Shown in pieces: positions 54,618 through 62,891 of a stretch of 64,000 bases of DNA. A program made the position numbers and the translations under genes. Where the stretch lies: the IMG/VR virus record IMGVR_UViG_3300027255_000165; one strand, written 5' to 3'. Source of the DNA: a virus (Duplodnaviria > Caudoviricetes). How positions within the stretch are numbered: the stretch's first letter is position 1; every line of letters starts with the position of its first letter. The notes beneath the pieces were generated by a model, which saw only the letters and a list, made by a program, of their open reading frames with translations, ran no database searches and had not been told where the DNA came from.

Positions 54618-56446
54618 TAGATTGACTTTCTATTTGCTGCCTGAATTTGAGTGAAGACAGTTCTTGGAATTGGTTTAGCAAAGCTTACTGAAAGCGCAGC
54701 TGCTTCTCCAATCTTAGCATCATCGGCAATTGTTGAACCTGTTCTATCAGCCCATCCACCTCTAAACATCGCAACGTCTTCTTTACTCAGTGCAATATCT
54801 CCAAATTCATCTAGACCAGTGATAGACATTCTAACGTCAGCTGGAATTCCATCAGTGGCATTAAAGGTAATAGTGTTTGAAGTTACAGTTTTCTTAAAGA
54901 ATAGAATTCTGTTCTTACCATTGCCAACATCTTCTAGAACGGGGGTTTGTGGAGTGATAGTTGTCTGTGTTACTGTGTATGATCCTGTTCTTAGAGCGTC
55001 TTCTTCTGACTTAGATAGAAACTGAACGTTAACTGAGTCAATGCCATCGACTCCTTCTAGAAGGGCGACAATGTCAGACTTAGGCAATCTATCTCTTCTA
55101 GTGATAGACATTAAATACGTTGAAATCTTTCTTCTGATTTCAGCTAGAAGTTGAATTTCGTCAAATCCTTCAAAGTGACGAACCCAAATGTTCATAGCAT
55201 ACATTTTTGGCTTTGGATCAACGAATGAGATCTCAGTCGTTACCATCTGCTTACCTGATAACTCAATTGCTTCTCTAATGCCCTCAAGTTCAGATTGTGT
55301 AAAAAAGAATTCTTCGGTTGGAACGGAGAAATAATCTTGATTTGACTTTAGTTTTGACTTAACGTCAGGGAGAAGGAAAAGATAGATGATATTATCGTCA
55401 TCTAAATATTGATCATCAGTCTGTGAATATGCATCAACATAAGAGAACATATTGTATCTTGCTAGGAAGTGTTCGTAATTGTCTGGAGTTGCAAGTACAA
55501 ATGACTTAGATGTAAGAGGCGCAATTAGTTTTGTAAATTCAATTGATTCAGGATCTGCTCCCATTTTAGGAGAGGCGGTACTTCTGATTTCCAATAGATT
55601 ATTAAGGTCGTATTCATTTCCTAATGCATCATATCCTGGATCAACAAACTTATATGAAATATCAGGTGAATCGCCCAGATTTCCAGATCTGCCATTGGTT
55701 TTAATGTAATTAACTTCGATTACCGCACCGTTGTTAGGAATCTGTCCAAAGTTACCATTACCAAAGAATAAATCAATACCACCGGTGATACCAGTCTTAA
55801 TAACTACTCCCTTTGTAGAAGCGTTCATGTCATATAGAGATTCATATACTGTCCATTTCTCACCATTAACTGCAACGTCGACAATATCGTGGGCTGTAAC
55901 ACCTCCGGTTTGAATGTTAAAAGTTTGAAAAGGTTCACCTGACCCTGTGACATTCTGTGCTTGGGTTTCACCCTGAACGACAGGAACTTTAATATATCCT
56001 GCTAGGCCTTTTGAAATGCTAATTAAATCGGTCGAAGATCTTAATAAGTAAATTAAAGAGTTGTTATTAGATCTAATCTGAGAATTGGAATTAATATAAA
56101 GGGTATTTCCTGCAATTTCAGATTGCATACCCGGCTTCCATGTTATTTCAATCTCTCCCATCGCAGCAAATCCTCTAGTAGGATCATGGCCAGCCAATCT
56201 AGCTAGTCCATAGATGGATTCAGGCTGTTGAGCCGTGATAATGTTTTGTTCAACAGTCGCGTCTTCAATGTAATAGAAGATCATGTTAGTAAGCTCTGAC
56301 GCTACTTTAACCATCTGAGAAAACGGAGATGCAGTTGTGAAAATGCTTTCAGCATTACCGTAAACCCTGCTCAAATAGGTTCTAACGTCCTGTTGAATCT
56401 GTGTAACTGCAACTCTAGCAGTGTCAAGAAAATTGAATTGGGCCAT
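54617..56446 (-). CDS. gp6: Baseplate wedge subunit (gp6 / baseplate J-like)
   Basis: LARLAGHDP..G.AA, FFGNGNFGQIP, ESIEFTK.IAP...VLATPDNY; follows gp25. Confidence 0.75.
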   Translation of the reverse strand: MAQFNFLDTARVAVTQIQQDVRTYLSRVYGNAESIFTTASPFSQMVKVASELTNMIFYYIEDATVEQNIITAQQPESIYGLARLAGHDPTRGFAAMGEIEITWKPGMQSEIAGNTLYINSNSQIRSNNNSLIYLLRSSTDLISISKGLAGYIKVPVVQGETQAQNVTGSGEPFQTFNIQTGGVTAHDIVDVAVNGEKWTVYESLYDMNASTKGVVIKTGITGGIDLFFGNGNFGQIPNNGAVIEVNYIKTNGRSGNLGDSPDISYKFVDPGYDALGNEYDLNNLLEIRSTASPKMGADPESIEFTKLIAPLTSKSFVLATPDNYEHFLARYNMFSYVDAYSQTDDQYLDDDNIIYLFLLPDVKSKLKSNQDYFSVPTEEFFFTQSELEGIREAIELSGKQMVTTEISFVDPKPKMYAMNIWVRHFEGFDEIQLLAEIRRKISTYLMSITRRDRLPKSDIVALLEGVDGIDSVNVQFLSKSEEDALRTGSYTVTQTTITPQTPVLEDVGNGKNRILFFKKTVTSNTITFNATDGIPADVRMSITGLDEFGDIALSKEDVAMFRGGWADRTGSTIADDAKIGEAAALSVSFAKPIPRTVFTQIQAANRKSI

Positions 56447-56458
56447 GTCAGACGTTTA

Positions 56459-56815
56459 TTAGTTTACATACACTTGAACTTGATACTTCGAGTTAAGTGT
56501 AATGTTTATTTCTGCAATATCTCTAACGGTTCCCTTATAAAAAGAAACATTAGTCGATACTCTATATTTTCCAGCCAGTGGTACATATCTTTGAATTTGA
56601 TCCTCAATGGTTGAAGTAACCATACTCTCATTGTAATTAAGAGTGTATATCAAATCTTCAAGATTTGCTCCAAAATCTGGTTCGCCAAGAACATCACCTT
56701 TTCTAGTGAACAGAATAGTTTCAATCTGCGTGATGACCTTTGAGATCTCACTCTCAGAATGAACCTTATATGGATCGTAGTTTGGATCTCCTTCTGCTCT
56801 TACGTAAAATTCCAT
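56459..56815 (-). CDS. gp25: Baseplate wedge subunit gp25-like
   Basis: ILFTRKGDVLGEPDFGANL...IEDQIQRYVP. Confidence 0.85.
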   Translation of the reverse strand: MEFYVRAEGDPNYDPYKVHSESEISKVITQIETILFTRKGDVLGEPDFGANLEDLIYTLNYNESMVTSTIEDQIQRYVPLAGKYRVSTNVSFYKGTVRDIAEINITLNSKYQVQVYVN

Positions 56816-56835
56816 GGCTATCTTTATATATCACA

Positions 56836-57672
56836 TTACGAGTGCATCATCCAGTCGGTGCCCTCATCATTTTTGATTTCTTCAATCACTTTATCTAATT
56901 CATCCTGCCCCATTGACTGAATAATGTCAGCGTTAATCGTAATGCCACCTGGAAGATTGTAACCAAAAATAGCTAATTTCTGACCTAGTGAAATCATAAC
57001 CTTTGCGGCCACGTATCTGAAGAAGATTTCATCTGCAAATAATGCACAGTCTGGAAGAGTTTCGTAAATCTCTAGAACGACGGGTTTAGTTGGTGTTTGA
57101 CCTGTAAATTTCAATTCATGTGTCTGCTGTGAATAGTGGAAAGACAATGGGTTTTCAAGAATCTGACGAGCCATGTCAAAGAAAGATTCGTTAATTACAA
57201 AGTACTGTAAGTTTTCTGCACCTGCAACAATTGATGCACCACCTGAATAAAGAGAACCAAACAGTGCTCTTTGAACGTCAAAGTCACCTGTTGTGAAAGT
57301 GATAGCAGAACCTGCACCGTATCTTGAACCAATTTCAGCAACGGCATAAACAGCATACACTTCGTTTCCTCCTGTTGCAGGATTCTCTTTAGGTAGTGTT
57401 AATGATCTACGTCTTCTGAAGTGATCAGTGTCAAACACCTCAACTGGAATGTACAAGAAGTTCTCAGTCACTGAGTACTCATACGTTTTGTAAAACCACT
57501 TCTTTGCACGCTTAATGATGTTATACACCTCCGACTTAGGTAGGTTCATAGGAATCATACATGCACCTGTAACATGACTTCCGATTTCGTCAATGAAATC
57601 GTTTAGGCAATTAGAATCGTAATCTGGTGGGGTGGTTAGATTGTCTAAATCACCAATAAAAATATCACCCAT
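56836..57672 (-). CDS. gp13: Neck / head-completion protein (gp13-like)
   Basis: RYVAAKVMISLGQKLAIFGYNLPGGITINADII resembles gp13 QWG.NL.KF...LPGG..LNG. Confidence 0.7.
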   Translation of the reverse strand: MGDIFIGDLDNLTTPPDYDSNCLNDFIDEIGSHVTGACMIPMNLPKSEVYNIIKRAKKWFYKTYEYSVTENFLYIPVEVFDTDHFRRRRSLTLPKENPATGGNEVYAVYAVAEIGSRYGAGSAITFTTGDFDVQRALFGSLYSGGASIVAGAENLQYFVINESFFDMARQILENPLSFHYSQQTHELKFTGQTPTKPVVLEIYETLPDCALFADEIFFRYVAAKVMISLGQKLAIFGYNLPGGITINADIIQSMGQDELDKVIEEIKNDEGTDWMMHS

Positions 57673-57676
57673 TTCT

Positions 57677-58969
57677 TTAGTTTATTTTTTTAGAGTTTAT
57701 CACCTCGGTCTTATCAAACTTGGCGAACTTCTCGCTATATTTACCCTCTCTAAAAATACCACCCGACATAGTACCTTTAAAAACACTGTCGGTTCCAAAT
57801 ACATAGCAGTTATTTAGAGTGCAACTGTTATGAGTGTAGCATGATTGAACCTTTGACCCATCAACCTGAGTCGACTGGTAAAGATTACTTCGCTGAATAT
57901 CAGATCCATTAATTTGGCATCTGTAAAAATCGCTTAAGATTGCTTCGCCTCTAAACTTGCAATCTACGAATTCATAACCCTCCAAACCATGGGCTCCTAA
58001 GAAAACACCATCTTTAACCTGAACCCTTGAACGATCAGTGTCGTAGTTAATATGACCCTCTGACATTCCACCCTCTGAAATAAGTTTTACAACTTGGGTT
58101 TTAATGTTAGACCAGAACATGTCAATAGTTTCACCGTGGTTCTGAAGATCAAGAGTAAAATCAATCTTTTGAAAATTCTTAAAGTTACGATGATCCTTGT
58201 AAAGGTCGTAAATCTTTTTCATGTTTGACATGATTCTTCTTAACTCAAGGCGATTAAGCTCTGTTAAATCAGGATTCTTACATGTGTTCCAGAGTTGAAT
58301 TAGAAAACTGTCAAGTAAATGAAGAATTGTTGAAGTCTTCTTTTCATAATCTTTACCGCCCAGGTATCTAAATTCTAGGTACCCTTTCTCCTGTTTTAAG
58401 AAGTTAACACCATAATACTTGGTGTCTGGATATTTAAACTGCATTTTAGAGATGTGATTTTCATCAAAGTTAAACAGCTCATTCTTAGGCAGAACGTACT
58501 TGATTGACTTGGCGTAAACAAGATCTCTACGTTCAGGAAAGTGTTTATACACCTGTTCTTCTTTAAAGTCCAAGATGAACTTTAAAGTGTTCATGTGAGT
58601 GATAAAGTTTGAACCCACAATCTTTTTGTCAAACGATACATTAAGGTGAATACCCGCTCTATCAGTAGTGTGACCGTTTTCCGAGATCCAATGTAACATC
58701 TTAATGATGATCAGTCTGGCATCAGGATACGGCAATGCACCAGTCACCATCTCAATGAGACCGGCACCACCTGACATATCAGGCTCCAACTTAAACACCT
58801 TATCGGACGGTTGAAAATCTGAGTGAGCCTTTTCTTCTACCTGAATCTTACGACCCAGATATTCACCGACCATCTCAGCTGTTTTTTCAACACTGTGATT
58901 CGAGTAAAACTCAAATTCAATGCCGCAAAATGAATGAAGGAGTATATCCTTGTTTGCTTCGTTTAACAT
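57677..58969 (-). CDS. Putative amidoligase (COOH-NH2 ligase) with a C-terminal beta-helix
   Basis: GIEFEF, LEPDMS...IEMVT, RAGIHLNVS, KYYGVN and LEFRYLG. Repetitive C-terminus. Confidence 0.75.
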   Translation of the reverse strand: MLNEANKDILLHSFCGIEFEFYSNHSVEKTAEMVGEYLGRKIQVEEKAHSDFQPSDKVFKLEPDMSGGAGLIEMVTGALPYPDARLIIIKMLHWISENGHTTDRAGIHLNVSFDKKIVGSNFITHMNTLKFILDFKEEQVYKHFPERRDLVYAKSIKYVLPKNELFNFDENHISKMQFKYPDTKYYGVNFLKQEKGYLEFRYLGGKDYEKKTSTILHLLDSFLIQLWNTCKNPDLTELNRLELRRIMSNMKKIYDLYKDHRNFKNFQKIDFTLDLQNHGETIDMFWSNIKTQVVKLISEGGMSEGHINYDTDRSRVQVKDGVFLGAHGLEGYEFVDCKFRGEAILSDFYRCQINGSDIQRSNLYQSTQVDGSKVQSCYTHNSCTLNNCYVFGTDSVFKGTMSGGIFREGKYSEKFAKFDKTEVINSKKIN

Positions 58970-59031
58970 GCAGTAGACACTATCTTACTATTTAAGTTTA
59001 TATATCTACCGCACCGGGTAGCGGTTTAGAC

Positions 59032-59063
59032 ACAAGCTCAGTTACCGAAATAACTGAGCTTGT
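59032..59063. other. Perfect 13-bp inverted repeat (hairpin)
   Basis: ACAAGCTCAGTTA-CCGAAA-TAACTGAGCTTGT; the minus-strand loop contains TTCG. Confidence 0.85.
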
Positions 59064-59094
59064 AACTAAGTAGTAATTAAGTAGTAACTAAGAA
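59063..59094. repeat. Three tandem 11-bp repeats
   Basis: TAACTAAGTAG TAATTAAGTAG TAACTAAGAA. Confidence 0.75.
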
Positions 59095-60441
59095 TTATGC
59101 ACCGATAACTCTCAAGAATACTTTCTTGGTATCTTCATCAACCTTAGTAACCTCTACTACAATTTCCTGACCCTTTTGGAAAGTGTCTCTCAATACTGTA
59201 CCTTCTGGGAACTCAGAGATGTGTGCCATACCTACCACTGAACCGTGAACGGCGATGAATAAACCGTAATCTTTAATTGATCTGATGGTAGCGTTTTCAA
59301 CCAGCGTCGGTAACTTTAAACCTTTAGTGAATTCTTCCCATGAGTTATCAACCTTCATCTCAGACTTTTCCTTTTGAGTCAAGATGATCTTTTCGTTACT
59401 GACAATTTCTTTGATTTTGAAGGTAACTTCATCACCAGGATTTACAGTACCATTTTTGTGAGAATTGAATAACTCAGGTGATAGGTCATTAACGTGAATC
59501 ATACCCGTCAAACATGTATTAAATTCAACGAATACACCGTATTTTGCAGTACCTGTTACGTTACCTTTAATTTCAGAATCGATATTAGCTTGTAGGTTTT
59601 CAATTTCTCTAGGAATCATTGCCTGTAAGTATTTTCGGTGAGAAACCACGATTGTACCTCTCTTAGACGAGAATGAATCAGGTACCACGTACATCTGAGC
59701 ACCGACAATTGAACTAAAGTCATGCAGTTTATTAATACCCGCAAGTGAACCGGGCATAAAACATTGGATACCTTGAACGAGTACAAGGTAACCTCCACCC
59801 GGGATCATCTCTTTAATAGTACCTAGGTATGCTGTATCTCCATCGTCAGCTGCTTGTCTAAGTTCTGCAAACACCTTTTGTTTAGTTCCTTCAGTGATAG
59901 AAGCAACTGCGTATTCTCTAACGTCAGTTTTATCACTTAAAACTTTTACAGCAACTTCGTCTCCAGGTCTAACGTCTGCAATAACGTCTCTATCTTCTCT
60001 TGACAAATCAATGTACAACATTTCACGATAATTAATATCGACTGTTGCCCATTTTTCACTCATCGAGTGGATTCTTCCAACTTCAACAGCACCTACGGTT
60101 AATTCAGAGATACCGTCGTCAAATTGAACGGTAGACAATAAATTATACATTTCTTGAGCATAAGGCTCGTGACAGTACACCACGTCTTTGTGGGAACCTG
60201 TCTTAATCTTAGTGTTGGGTTTGAGTTTTCGGTTGTAATAAGACTCGTATCTGTCCCAATCAAATTCTCCAGTTGGAGTTAAGAATTCGTCTGTAGATGA
60301 ATCAAATTCATCAAGGTTGACTTCTACCTCTTCTTTTTCAACTTCAGTTACCTCTACTTTAATTTGTTTTTTGTTAGAGTTTTCTTGAAGTCTTCTTCGC
60401 TTTTGAGTACCATTATTGGTACCGTTGTTTTGATTTGTCAT
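59095..60441 (-). CDS. rpsA: Ribosomal protein bS1 homolog (four S1 domains)
   Basis: Successive S1 repeats: VGRIHSM..KWATVDIN; GTIKEMIPGGGYLV...FMPGS...VVSHRK; GNVTGTAKYGVFVEF...GMIHVNDLS; SIKDYGLFIAV...GMAHISEF. Confidence 0.82.
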   Translation of the reverse strand: MTNQNNGTNNGTQKRRRLQENSNKKQIKVEVTEVEKEEVEVNLDEFDSSTDEFLTPTGEFDWDRYESYYNRKLKPNTKIKTGSHKDVVYCHEPYAQEMYNLLSTVQFDDGISELTVGAVEVGRIHSMSEKWATVDINYREMLYIDLSREDRDVIADVRPGDEVAVKVLSDKTDVREYAVASITEGTKQKVFAELRQAADDGDTAYLGTIKEMIPGGGYLVLVQGIQCFMPGSLAGINKLHDFSSIVGAQMYVVPDSFSSKRGTIVVSHRKYLQAMIPREIENLQANIDSEIKGNVTGTAKYGVFVEFNTCLTGMIHVNDLSPELFNSHKNGTVNPGDEVTFKIKEIVSNEKIILTQKEKSEMKVDNSWEEFTKGLKLPTLVENATIRSIKDYGLFIAVHGSVVGMAHISEFPEGTVLRDTFQKGQEIVVEVTKVDEDTKKVFLRVIGA

Positions 60442-60481
60442 TTATGTTTAATTTAAAGGTGTAAAATACTAATTATATAAC

Positions 60482-60946
60482 TCACTTCTTTTTATAGCGG
60501 TCGTCTCCCTTGACAATAGCACCTGCAACAGCCCTATCAACTGCTTTTCCAAGCGCTTGCATAAGAGTTAGTGTGAGAGCATGGGATAAATTTGCTACGT
60601 TATTAATACCGTCGGCTTTTGCCTTTTCATTCGCGGCTTGAATGTCGGGATTATTGTCTTTGGTTTTCGTCTTTTTAATCGTATCCATGCCGAAGGCAGA
60701 TGAAATAGCCTTGTACCAATCGAGAGGAGCGTCGCCGTAGATAGGGTTGGCCTTTAGTTGTTCCCTATACAATTTATCTCTGTCAGTGGTCTTTTTAGGA
60801 TTAGGTTGTGATCCGCCTCCTTTTTGGCCGCCTCCACCGCCTCCACCGCCAGTATTTGCAGCGTTATCGGTGTTCATGTTATTGCCACCGCCGCCATCGG
60901 TTGCATTTCCGACTCCCGTGTTGTTTGTATCTTTACCGTCAGCCAT
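60482..60946 (-). CDS. Gly/Asn-rich hypothetical protein following gp5
   Basis: 154 aa with poly-Gly runs, then a helical C-terminus. Confidence 0.55.
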   Translation of the reverse strand: MADGKDTNNTGVGNATDGGGGNNMNTDNAANTGGGGGGGGQKGGGSQPNPKKTTDRDKLYREQLKANPIYGDAPLDWYKAISSAFGMDTIKKTKTKDNNPDIQAANEKAKADGINNVANLSHALTLTLMQALGKAVDRAVAGAIVKGDDRYKKK

Positions 60947-60947
60947 C

Positions 60948-61700
60948 TTAGTTAACTTTTACCTTTGTTGATTTGGTAGGTGGAATCTTAGCAGCAATAA
61001 CGGGAATTGAAGAAGTCAAATTCGTAGCCGCAGTTGCAGCTGCTGTAGCAGCGGTCCCCAACGGCACTGCAAGCGGAGCAGCACTCAAAATAGGAAGTGA
61101 GGCTGCCGCAACACCTGCCGATGCGAGAGCTGTCATGTTTGTTGATAGATTGGTTAGATCAATTGCTAGCTTTTGCAACGTGTTCTTAATTTCGTTAAGG
61201 GCATCTTCATTTTTATCACCTAACACGGCAGGTTCTTCTGAACCTCCACCCATTCCAACGAGATGCAATAGATCAGCGGCCTGAAATAGGCCTTCACCGG
61301 CTGAACCAATCAACTTAACACCCTCTGATGAGTTCCAATACAGTTGCATTCTCGATGGGTCATAGAAAAGTGAGACCACTCCCATTGCACCATTCGCAGA
61401 TACCATGTCTGAAACTTCTTGACGTGCCTTAGCCTGAAAGAAATAAACTGGAGTGTATAAGTTTCCGTTATCAAATCTAACAGAAACAATGTCACCTACG
61501 GCTGGAACCGCAAATTGACCATGTGAATCATTAGAACCGCAAAGGGCCCATGGAAGATCTTCATCAGGAATTAGATCAAACTTACCAAAAATGCGTATCC
61601 TACAACGGCCCTGATTTGATGGATCTTCGTTATTAACGATTTCTCCTAACCAGTGCGAATCTCTTAAATTATCTTGAAAAAGCTCTTTAATAGAGTCCAT
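60948..61700 (-). CDS. gp5: Baseplate hub / spike protein with gp5 N-terminal OB-fold
   Basis: WLGEIVNNEDPSNQGRCRIRIFG...LPWA...VPAVGDIVSVRFDNGNLYTPVYF; no lysozyme domain. Confidence 0.8.
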   Translation of the reverse strand: MDSIKELFQDNLRDSHWLGEIVNNEDPSNQGRCRIRIFGKFDLIPDEDLPWALCGSNDSHGQFAVPAVGDIVSVRFDNGNLYTPVYFFQAKARQEVSDMVSANGAMGVVSLFYDPSRMQLYWNSSEGVKLIGSAGEGLFQAADLLHLVGMGGGSEEPAVLGDKNEDALNEIKNTLQKLAIDLTNLSTNMTALASAGVAAASLPILSAAPLAVPLGTAATAAATAATNLTSSIPVIAAKIPPTKSTKVKVN

Positions 61701-62881
61701 TATTCGTAGTTGTTTCCAAGGTTAGACTTCGTGTTAGCTGCTTCGTTTAGATTATTTATCATTGGAAATATGGAAGCAATCGAACCCTGTCTTAATGCCG
61801 CTCCGACGGTGGCACCTTCAGCTCCGAATATGTTTGTCACAATTGACTGTTTAAAGGAAGTTGCGGCATCTTTTGCAATGGCCTCACTCTGTCCAAATAT
61901 GTTATCTACAGCTCCTCCTAAACCGCCTGCATAGCTGTCAACTTGATTAATGGCCTGTTGATATGCCTGTTCAAGATCACTACCATATACGTTGACAGGC
62001 TTGCTAATAGCGTTTAGTGGATTATTCTCTCTAATAGCACCTGTTAAACTGTCAATTGCACTGTTAGTTATTTGACCAACGTCCTGCGACAATCTATCAC
62101 CGACACCCTGGATTTTAGTTCTAGCGTCACTATCACTGCTTACGCCTAAATCACCTGTACTTTCTGTCATCAACCCCTGTAAATATGAAGTTGCAGTTTT
62201 CTTAATAGTTTCGTAACTAATTTCAATCTTAGGTGAAGGGCTTTCAGGCGCTGCGTTGCTTAATGTTTCAAATGTTTCTTTAGCAGACTTAATATTGAAC
62301 TCGCAGAAATTAAATTCATACTGAAACAACGGCTTAAAGTCACCTGATATTTCAGCGTTCTTTGTTTCAGATCCAAGCAAACCCTTTTTGAATTCTGTGT
62401 TAATGTCTCTAATCTCAGAAACCATAATCCACATTCTAAATCCTCTAATATTCTTTGGTAGAACCTGGGTCCATGCTGCAAAATCATAAACCGAATCCCT
62501 ATATAAATCCATCAAACCAGAAATTGCAAGATTGATTGATTCATTGCAAGTGATAGTTAGTTTGGCCTCATCACCTCCCCAATAAGGCTCAGTCATGTTA
62601 TAGTCTAAAACCCTTGTCATTCCATCTAATGAAACCCAATACCATGGCATTTCACGATTAATCAAGAGCATGGTATCAACAAATCTTTCAAGCTTATCGG
62701 CTCTTTCAGTTTCTTTATAATGCTCTCTTAGAGTTTTAACGGCAATATCTTTATTAAAAAGAGGAGACGTAGTATCAAATAAAATTGTAAAGCTCAAATA
62801 CGTAGGATCTTGATAAGGGTTCTTTGAACTCTTACCTAGTAATCCTTTTCTAAATTGTATTTGATTTGTACCAGTTGCCAT
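61700..62881 (-). CDS. Baseplate / tail-tube initiator-like protein (gp48/gp54 family candidate)
   Basis: DPTYLSFTILFD, LTITCNESI and YEFNFCEF tube-fold patterns; position between hub and spike. Confidence 0.5.
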   Translation of the reverse strand: MATGTNQIQFRKGLLGKSSKNPYQDPTYLSFTILFDTTSPLFNKDIAVKTLREHYKETERADKLERFVDTMLLINREMPWYWVSLDGMTRVLDYNMTEPYWGGDEAKLTITCNESINLAISGLMDLYRDSVYDFAAWTQVLPKNIRGFRMWIMVSEIRDINTEFKKGLLGSETKNAEISGDFKPLFQYEFNFCEFNIKSAKETFETLSNAAPESPSPKIEISYETIKKTATSYLQGLMTESTGDLGVSSDSDARTKIQGVGDRLSQDVGQITNSAIDSLTGAIRENNPLNAISKPVNVYGSDLEQAYQQAINQVDSYAGGLGGAVDNIFGQSEAIAKDAATSFKQSIVTNIFGAEGATVGAALRQGSIASIFPMINNLNEAANTKSNLGNNYE

Positions 62882-62891
62882 ATCCTATATA

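Noticed and set aside
60821-60905. CCGCCTCCA repeat as a DNA-level repeat element
   Set aside because: It is explained by poly-glycine codons of the 154-aa ORF.
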